From Erysipelothrix inopinata (GTDB lineage: Bacteria; Bacillota_I; Bacilli_A; Erysipelotrichales; Erysipelotrichaceae), in assembly GCF_014396165.1 (NCBI RefSeq), contig NZ_CP060715.1:750001-782000 (forward strand): 32,000 nucleotides of DNA, given 5' to 3'. The position numbers and the translations under genes were made by a program. The notes below the pieces were generated by a model. That model was not told the origin of the DNA, made no database searches, and saw nothing but the letters and a program-made list of their open reading frames with translations. This document shows, piece after piece, positions 25,464-32,000 of the stretch. Position 1 is the first letter of the stretch. Every line of letters starts with the position of its first letter.

Positions 25464-27623
25464 ATGTTTACAAGATATGACAATGTATTACAGCATGATC
25501 AAAGCGATTGTGCGGCAGCATGTGTGGGTACGATTCTTAAATACTATAAGAAAGAACAGACTCTCATGAATATTCGCTTGAGAATTGGCACAGATCAAGT
25601 AGGAACAAGCGTTAAGGGTATTGTAGATGGTTTAAAATCTTATGGTTTCAATGTTAAACCTGTTCGAATGGGTTTATCAGATTTGAGTGGAGAGTTAAGT
25701 TATCCATTTATTGCTCATATTCGAAATAAGGAAGGATATGATCACTTTGTTGTTGTTCATCGATATAAAAAAGGTAAGTTGGTTATCGCAGACCCAGGGA
25801 AATCAAAAGTATATAAAGAATCTTTAGCTGAATTTGAAAAGTATTTTACAGGAGTATGCATTTTTATGGCCCCTACGAATGAATTTGAAAATACACAGAG
25901 GAGTAACATCAGTATGATGTCTCTGTATCAATCTATCGTACTACCCCACAAGAGAATGTTTGCAACTATAATTCTTTCATCATTTGTCTTATCCATATTT
26001 GGTATCGTATCAAGTTTATTTTCTAAAGTAATTATGGATGAAATTATTCCGTATCAAATGAAACGACAATTGTATTTATACTTAATTATCTTCGTGGTGA
26101 TTACAATATTTCAAAATATACTTTCTGCGATGAGGCAGTATGTATCTTTATATTTATCAAGGAACATTGATTTTCCACTTTTAATGGGTTACTACGATCA
26201 TGTGATGAAGTTACCTTATAATTTTTTCGGTATGAGATCTGTTGGCGATATTTTGACCCGATTTCAAGATGCAACAACAATTAAGGATATATTTACTTCA
26301 ATTACTATTAATCTCATTATGGACATTATTCTAGCAATTGTATCTACAGTAGTACTCATTAAGATTAACGCGAGGTTGTTTTTAGTTCTGTTAGTAATGA
26401 TGATTCTTAATCTAATTCTTATTATCACATTTAAAGGTATCTATAAAAGAAATAATATACTGCAAATGGAAAGAAATTCAGAGTTAAATTCACATCTCAT
26501 AGAATCGATTCAAAATATAGAAACTGTGAAAGCATGTAGTTACGAAAAAAAATCTATACAGAAGTTAGAATCAAAGTTCATTAATGTAATAAACATTGGT
26601 TTCAAACAAGGGAAAGTTGAACTGTTCCAAGGATTGATTTCAAATGGTATTTCGAATATTGGAAATATAGTGTTTCTGGGATTAGGAGCAATTAGTATTA
26701 TCGATGGAGCTATGACATTAGGAGATCTCATGGTGTTTCAGACCCTGAGTCAGTACTTTATCGAGCCAGTTCAAAGTCTGATCACATTACAGATGAGTTT
26801 TCAGGAAGCGGACATTTCAATTCAAAGATTGAAAGAACTAATGGATATAAAACCGGAACTCGAAGAAATAGGCAATGCCGAGAAACTGGAACTGAATAAT
26901 TTTATTAACATCAATGATGTGACTTTTTCTTATGGTTCCAGAAGACCTATCCTTAAAGGACTAAATATGAGAATGGATAAAGGGAAGAAAACCGCAATTG
27001 TTGGCCCAAGTGGATCTGGGAAAACGACAATAGCCAAACTGTTGTTGAAAATGATGAATATCGACGAAGGTGATATCGAATGGGACTTCGAATCAGTGTT
27101 TGATATAAATACAATTAGCATACGGAAATCAATAGCTTATGTGCCCCAAAACGTTCAACTATTCTCATCATCAATTTATGATAATCTCACAATGAACAAT
27201 ACTGAAATTAGTTATGAACAAGTGAAATCAGTATCGAAAATTACGGGTGTACATGAGTTTGTCTCTAAATTGTCATATCGATATGAAACAAAAATAGAGG
27301 AAGGAGGAATGAACCTATCGGGTGGAGAAAAACAAAAAATTGCATTAACACGCGCATTACTTAATAATCCTTCGTTATACATTCTTGATGAAGTTACGTC
27401 GAATCTAGATATATATAGTGAGGCGAAGATACTGGAAATAATATTTAACACATTAAAAGATAAGACGATGCTGATAATTGCACACCGTCTATCAACCATC
27501 CAAAGATGTGATGTCATCTATTTTTTGAATGATGGCAAGGTAGTGGAGTTTGGAAGTTATCAAGAGTTAATGAATAAAAAAGGATTCTTTTTTAAGATGG
27601 TAAAGACTCAAGAAATTCAGTAG
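25464..27623 (+). CDS. Peptidase C39 domain-containing ABC exporter (PCAT; ComA/LagD/LcnC type)
   Basis: The N-terminal C39 domain has Cys (QSDCAAAC), His (YDHFVVV) and Asp (VIADP). Six TM helices follow. NBD with GPSGSGKTT, LSGGEKQK, ILDEVTSNLD and IAHRL. The ATG at 25464 is 7 nt after GGAGG. Confidence 0.9.
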   Translation: MFTRYDNVLQHDQSDCAAACVGTILKYYKKEQTLMNIRLRIGTDQVGTSVKGIVDGLKSYGFNVKPVRMGLSDLSGELSYPFIAHIRNKEGYDHFVVVHRYKKGKLVIADPGKSKVYKESLAEFEKYFTGVCIFMAPTNEFENTQRSNISMMSLYQSIVLPHKRMFATIILSSFVLSIFGIVSSLFSKVIMDEIIPYQMKRQLYLYLIIFVVITIFQNILSAMRQYVSLYLSRNIDFPLLMGYYDHVMKLPYNFFGMRSVGDILTRFQDATTIKDIFTSITINLIMDIILAIVSTVVLIKINARLFLVLLVMMILNLILIITFKGIYKRNNILQMERNSELNSHLIESIQNIETVKACSYEKKSIQKLESKFINVINIGFKQGKVELFQGLISNGISNIGNIVFLGLGAISIIDGAMTLGDLMVFQTLSQYFIEPVQSLITLQMSFQEADISIQRLKELMDIKPELEEIGNAEKLELNNFININDVTFSYGSRRPILKGLNMRMDKGKKTAIVGPSGSGKTTIAKLLLKMMNIDEGDIEWDFESVFDINTISIRKSIAYVPQNVQLFSSSIYDNLTMNNTEISYEQVKSVSKITGVHEFVSKLSYRYETKIEEGGMNLSGGEKQKIALTRALLNNPSLYILDEVTSNLDIYSEAKILEIIFNTLKDKTMLIIAHRLSTIQRCDVIYFLNDGKVVEFGSYQELMNKKGFFFKMVKTQEIQ

Positions 27624-27632
27624 GGGAGAAAA

Positions 27633-28100
27633 ATGGAAAAAATTAAAATTAATGACAACATTGAATTAAAATTAAATAATGTTATTGCACATAAACTAAA
27701 CGATATGATCGTAGATCAACTTGATTGGGAAATTCATAATTTCGAGAATAAAATAGCTCTTTTGGGGATAACTTGTATCAGTCCAATAATCGTGAAAAGT
27801 AGCGGAACTAAAATTAATGAGGTTGGGGAAATAAGAGTTGACTATGAAATTCTCGTTGAAATAGAGGGGACTAGCAATCTTCCTGATTATTTCAGCTACT
27901 ATGGAGAGTACCATGTACCAAACTGTGTACAAGTAATCTTTGATGATTCACCAGAATATTTAGGTATGGCATCTCAAAAAATGAATGTATATTTTTATGA
28001 AATGAATTACGAAGATAATGGGGAACTTTTTACTATTATTTCAAACTATTCTGAGGAAAACTGCCGTGTGGAATATTTTAAGCCTATTGCTAAAGTATGA
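27633..28100 (+). CDS. Hypothetical 155-aa acidic protein intercalated between the PCAT and HlyD genes
   Basis: SD GGGGAGAA overlaps the PCAT stop, and its own stop overlaps the HlyD start (ATGA). No TM segment, no signal peptide, no GG/GA/GS site. By my hand count, ~26 Asp+Glu versus ~12 Lys+Arg. Confidence 0.65.
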   Translation: MEKIKINDNIELKLNNVIAHKLNDMIVDQLDWEIHNFENKIALLGITCISPIIVKSSGTKINEVGEIRVDYEILVEIEGTSNLPDYFSYYGEYHVPNCVQVIFDDSPEYLGMASQKMNVYFYEMNYEDNGELFTIISNYSEENCRVEYFKPIAKV

Positions 28101-29236
28101 AGTTATATTCAATAGAAGAAACATCCGATAGTTATATGTTTATGAAAAAAGAACCTCACAAATATATTTTGGCTTTTCTTGTCATAATTGTATTGTTAAT
28201 CATAAGCATCCTTATCGGAATGAACTACCTTCACAAACCTTATATTGTGAAAGCGGAGGGTAATGTCCGTTTAAATCAAAGCACGTATCTAACATCCTTA
28301 ACCTACGGTTCAATAGAGTCCTTAAATAAGGCGGAAGGAGAATGGGTAGAAAAAGATGAAATCATTCTTACTGTAAGTGACGGTAAAGAAAATCTTCAAG
28401 TAAAGTATTTAGATGAACAAATAATTAACTTAGAAGAACAAAAAACTTATCTTACACGATATGTTGAAGGATTGAAGAAACAAACACTAACTGTTAAGGA
28501 AGAAGAGAATCTAGCATACTATGGAAAATTGAAATATTATTTGGATGCTGTTGAAGAAGAAAACAAGCAAAAATTGTCAGTAATTCAGAAAATTACTTCC
28601 TATAAAGAAAGAATACAATCAGAAGTAAACTCGGAAATGAGCGAAGAATATCAATCACAACTTGAACAATTAGAACTTCAGAGAGATTCCCAACCTCCAT
28701 CACAGAATATTTATTATCAATTATCATCAGAGGCAGGCATTGAAACGAATAGAATACAACAAGAGATTCTAGAACTGAAAAAACAAATCGATATTGTTAC
28801 AACACAGAACGATCTTTATGAAGTTAAGGCGCAGGAGAGTGGAAGAATTCATTACTTGGCTCCAGTGGAAATTGGTGTTCCTTTAGATCCGAATCAAGTG
28901 TTCGGGGAAATTCAGAATGATGGGGATATTGAAATAGAATCTTACATTCCATCTCATGATCGTCACAAGGTTTCCTTAGGAGATGAAGTGCGAATCATTG
29001 TTCACGGAAGCAATGCCATACAAAATGGTTCACTTGATGGAGAAATTCAAACCATCGATAATGGGGTGACAACAAGTAGTGATGGTAAAAACTCTTACTA
29101 TGTTGCAAAGATTAATCCAACCACTAATAAAAAGAAAAACATCGAGTTACACCATGGTATCCCTGTCGAAGTTCAAGTTGTCTACAACAAGGAAACGTAT
29201 CTTATGTGGATGTTAAACCTTCTGAAATTTACGTAA
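28097..29236 (+). CDS. HlyD-family secretion adaptor (LcnD/ComB-like accessory protein)
   Basis: Short cytoplasmic N-terminus, one TM (ILAFLVIIVLLIISILIGM), a long coiled-coil region, and a C-terminal beta-barrel-like region. Confidence 0.8.
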   Translation: MKLYSIEETSDSYMFMKKEPHKYILAFLVIIVLLIISILIGMNYLHKPYIVKAEGNVRLNQSTYLTSLTYGSIESLNKAEGEWVEKDEIILTVSDGKENLQVKYLDEQIINLEEQKTYLTRYVEGLKKQTLTVKEEENLAYYGKLKYYLDAVEEENKQKLSVIQKITSYKERIQSEVNSEMSEEYQSQLEQLELQRDSQPPSQNIYYQLSSEAGIETNRIQQEILELKKQIDIVTTQNDLYEVKAQESGRIHYLAPVEIGVPLDPNQVFGEIQNDGDIEIESYIPSHDRHKVSLGDEVRIIVHGSNAIQNGSLDGEIQTIDNGVTTSSDGKNSYYVAKINPTTNKKKNIELHHGIPVEVQVVYNKETYLMWMLNLLKFT

Positions 29237-29266
29237 AAAAACGAAACCAATTCGGTTTCGTTTTCT
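29235..29266. terminator. Bidirectional rho-independent terminator
   Basis: A-run, ACGAAACC-AATTC-GGTTTCGT, T-run, between the convergent HlyD and ABC-2 permease genes. Confidence 0.85.
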
Positions 29267-29269
29267 ATA

Positions 29270-30022
29270 TTAGAAGGATGAACGAGCATTCTTTCTTAGC
29301 GCAATATAACAGACAATTCCACTGATGGATCCAAAGAATATAAATGACTGGAACATCGGTGCAAAGTTATATGATGTAAGGAACCATGCATCTTGGAAAT
29401 CACTAACAATGAATGCGGTAGGAAACATTTTTGAAATCACTTGGATAAAACTTGGGAAATCAGAAATGTTCATACCCATCATCCCTGATAGAATCATCAT
29501 TGAGAAATAAAGTGTCATGGTTATTCCGTAACAAACACTAAATTTCTTCGATAGAAGTGCAATACCATAAGATAATATAAATAGAATAATAGAAAGTAAG
29601 ATTATGACAAGAGCGTACATTGTGCCAGCATAGAGAGTTGGCATGGGCAATCCTAGGTAAGGAATTGTAATGGCACAATATAATATAATTGCGAATAAGA
29701 GTACTATTGATTGAGCAATCATCTTAGCACGCATTTGCATCGACTCTGTAATCCCAAATAGTGACATACGGGAAATAACATTTTTCTCAAGCTCTTGTGA
29801 GAAGAGAGCGGAGAAACCTACGAACATAAGTGCGAGAGGAATCATCAGTAAATTAGTAATGAATATTCGAACCACTGCAGCATCATGAGCAATTTCGGGA
29901 ACATTCTTTAGAATTGCAGGTTTCAAAATTAATGTCATAAGAATAGGGAAGAATAAACCGAAGAAAATAGCGAAGAAATTACCCAGCATGTTTCTTAGTT
30001 CATAAGCAATTAACTTTTTCAT
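29270..30022 (-). CDS. ABC-2 type transporter permease
   Basis: 250 aa with ~6 TM segments. Its start overlaps the ATPase stop (TAATG). Confidence 0.8.
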   Translation of the reverse strand: MKKLIAYELRNMLGNFFAIFFGLFFPILMTLILKPAILKNVPEIAHDAAVVRIFITNLLMIPLALMFVGFSALFSQELEKNVISRMSLFGITESMQMRAKMIAQSIVLLFAIILYCAITIPYLGLPMPTLYAGTMYALVIILLSIILFILSYGIALLSKKFSVCYGITMTLYFSMMILSGMMGMNISDFPSFIQVISKMFPTAFIVSDFQDAWFLTSYNFAPMFQSFIFFGSISGIVCYIALRKNARSSF

Positions 30023-30879
30023 TAGTTTGATCCTCCAATTGCATTAAGTGTTAGTATTTCAATATCGTTGTTACTTCGTCTGAAGTTGAGATTTTTTGCA
30101 TTTAATTTTTTGATTATTTCCATTTCTTCATCTGAGTTGTTGCATGAGATGACGATTGAGTTATTTGGGGAACGAAGTTGCTTGTAAGAAGCAAAGTCGC
30201 CCTCAGTCTCAGGAGTAATGTCGCATCTAATAATGGAATGACCACAATATTTAGCGAATAGTTCATCATGGGTCCCAAAATCAATGAGTTCCCCTTTATC
30301 TAAAATGAGTAATTTATTCGTAAGTTGTGCGAGCTCTTCATAATAGTGAGTAACGAACATAATTGACGCATTTTTTCCATCATACCATTTAAGAATTTTT
30401 TGAATGAGTGCTTGGCGGGTTTCAAAATCGAGACCTGTTGTCACTTCATCAAAGAAGGTTAAAGGAGCATCTTGCATTAAAATCATAATAAGTGTGAAGC
30501 GTTGTTTTTGACCGCCGGATAGATTTTTATATTTCTTATCGAGATTAGGATTAAAATCGAAGAAATCAATTAACTCTTGCAGTTTTTTGTTGTCTTTTAT
30601 ATTGGTATTGAGAATCGCCTCAAGGATGTAACGAGTGTTCATGGTCTCTACATAATCGTTCGACTGCATATGAACTGCCATATCATTAGGATCAATATCT
30701 GTTTGAATCGATCCGTTATATGGAATCATTTTCAAACATGCTTTGATGAGTGTCGTTTTACCAGAACCGTTCGATCCGATAATTCCGATACGGTCTCCTT
30801 TTGATACTTGGATAGGTTGAGTAATATTAAGAGCACGAAACTCTTTATAGTGAACCTCGAGTTTATTAATGGTTAACAT
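30022..30879 (-). CDS. ABC transporter ATP-binding protein with a ~65-aa C-terminal extension
   Basis: Walker A GSNGSGKTT, signature LSGGQKQR, Walker B FFDEVTTGLD. Confidence 0.9.
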   Translation of the reverse strand: MLTINKLEVHYKEFRALNITQPIQVSKGDRIGIIGSNGSGKTTLIKACLKMIPYNGSIQTDIDPNDMAVHMQSNDYVETMNTRYILEAILNTNIKDNKKLQELIDFFDFNPNLDKKYKNLSGGQKQRFTLIMILMQDAPLTFFDEVTTGLDFETRQALIQKILKWYDGKNASIMFVTHYYEELAQLTNKLLILDKGELIDFGTHDELFAKYCGHSIIRCDITPETEGDFASYKQLRSPNNSIVISCNNSDEEMEIIKKLNAKNLNFRRSNNDIEILTLNAIGGSN

Positions 30880-30881
30880 AA

Positions 30882-32000
30882 TTAAATGTCCTTTCTAAAT
30901 AGAAGTGTTGTTTTTACGCCATTACTGGTATTTTCAATTTTCCATTGCATACCTAGTAAGAGTACAAAGCTATCAACAATATAGAGTCCTAATCCAGAAC
31001 CTGACTCATCCGAATGAACATTTCTGACAAATGGTTCAGCAATATGTTCAAGGATGGATTGAGGAATAAAAGCAGGAGAATTTTCAACAGTCAATGAATT
31101 TTCGCCGAGGATAATTTCAATTGAACCGTTTAGGTCTGTATATTTATATGCGTTAGTAAGCATGTTTTCAATGATAGAGGTAAGGATGAAGACATCTGTA
31201 TATAATGAAACATCCTTGAGATTTGTTTGAACTGAAATACTTTTAATTTCTGTATGATTTTGTATTTGACCAACCATATTATTAATAAGCGGTCTAAGAT
31301 CTAGTGTCTCATGTTTGATTTCAGAATTTAAATCATCAAAGACAAGAAGCATAGATTCTAACATCACTGTAATATGGTTTAACTCTTGTTTTACTTTAGG
31401 GAGGTATTGATCGGTATTGACCAGATTGCCAATTTTCGCAATCATACCTTCAACCATTAAGCTTGCACTGGAAAGTGGTGTTTTAAGTTGATGTGATATG
31501 TTCATCATCAAGAGTTTTTGACGTTCTTTTTCTAACTCTAATTGTGCATTCTTATCAGTAAGGGAGTGAATTGATTTCATGATTTCTTGATGCATTTGAT
31601 TGAGAGCATCTTCTAAGATTTTAAATTCATCATCTTGATGGCTTTGTTTGAACACAATGTCTGTATCAGCATGTCGATTTGTTGCTTGAGAAGCCAGTGT
31701 TTCTATAGGTTTTGCAAGGAACTTACTAAAGTAATGTGCCGCAACTAATGTGAATAAAACTAGGAAAGCCAGAATCATTGGTGTACTAGCGAGAACAATA
31801 GGTGTGAGTTCATTTAGCTTTGGTGTCATAGCAGAAGCAAAGGTTAGATAAAATGAATCACTATCTTGATTGAAAGCCACATAGCTGGTGTAATCATTAT
31901 TCGCATCTTTAACCTGAGAGCTAATGATGGTTGATCCATCTTCACTTTGTTTCGTACGAATAATGGGGTGCGGATCCATATCAAAAGAGTTGGTAAATGC
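30882..32000 (-). CDS. Sensor histidine kinase (N-terminus outside the window)
   Basis: The frame stays open to base 32000. An extracytoplasmic segment is followed by a TM (ILAFLVLFTLVAAHYF), a HisKA H-box (NISHQLKTPLSS) and an HATPase_c G-box (SGSGLGLYIV). Confidence 0.88.
   Translation of the reverse strand, partial: AFTNSFDMDPHPIIRTKQSEDGSTIISSQVKDANNDYTSYVAFNQDSDSFYLTFASAMTPKLNELTPIVLASTPMILAFLVLFTLVAAHYFSKFLAKPIETLASQATNRHADTDIVFKQSHQDDEFKILEDALNQMHQEIMKSIHSLTDKNAQLELEKERQKLLMMNISHQLKTPLSSASLMVEGMIAKIGNLVNTDQYLPKVKQELNHITVMLESMLLVFDDLNSEIKHETLDLRPLINNMVGQIQNHTEIKSISVQTNLKDVSLYTDVFILTSIIENMLTNAYKYTDLNGSIEIILGENSLTVENSPAFIPQSILEHIAEPFVRNVHSDESGSGLGLYIVDSFVLLLGMQWKIENTSNGVKTTLLFRKDI

Noticed and set aside
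27633-28100. The 155-aa ORF as a conventional double-glycine-leader cargo of the PCAT.
   Set aside because: There is no GG, GA or GS dipeptide anywhere in the protein. The N-terminus does not fit the LSxxELxxIxGG pattern. It is kept only as a possible non-canonical component.

Overview
Low-GC Gram-positive (Bacillota-like) chromosomal segment; I cannot place it more precisely by eye. There are no CRISPR arrays, rRNA genes, transposases or integrases.

Bases 1-18,000 look like core genome:
- the 3' part of a DEAD-box helicase gene, then ywbE;
- a full-length but catalytically degenerate RumA/RlmCD-like methyltransferase;
- a LysR-controlled sulfur-uptake module (split YeeE/YedE permease, two TusA-like carriers, a thioredoxin-reductase-like flavoprotein fused to a Cys-less thioredoxin fold);
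- a lipoprotein cyclophilin, a stand-alone tRNA-Pro(CGG) and an FMN reductase;
- a complete, tightly coupled FASII regulon (fabV <-> accBCDA-fabH-acpP-fabD-fabG-fabF-fabZ-plsC) with three FabT-type palindromic operators over readable sigma-A promoters.

Bases 18,000-32,000 look accessory and more A+T-rich:
- a RhuM-Fic/Doc fusion gene flanked by short direct repeats;
- a lactococcin-972-type locus (small secreted protein, ~660-aa multi-TM protein, ABC ATPase);
- a LysR regulator divergent from a group II PLP decarboxylase plus an acidic unknown protein;
- an operon of a C39-peptidase ABC exporter, a 155-aa acidic unknown ORF and a HlyD adaptor, with no double-glycine substrate gene nearby;
- a convergent histidine kinase / ABC ATPase / ABC-2 permease module that runs off the window.

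The most promising candidates for something undescribed are the orphan exporter operon with its intercalated unknown gene, the divergent secreted protein of the Lcn972-type locus, and the pseudo-methyltransferase.
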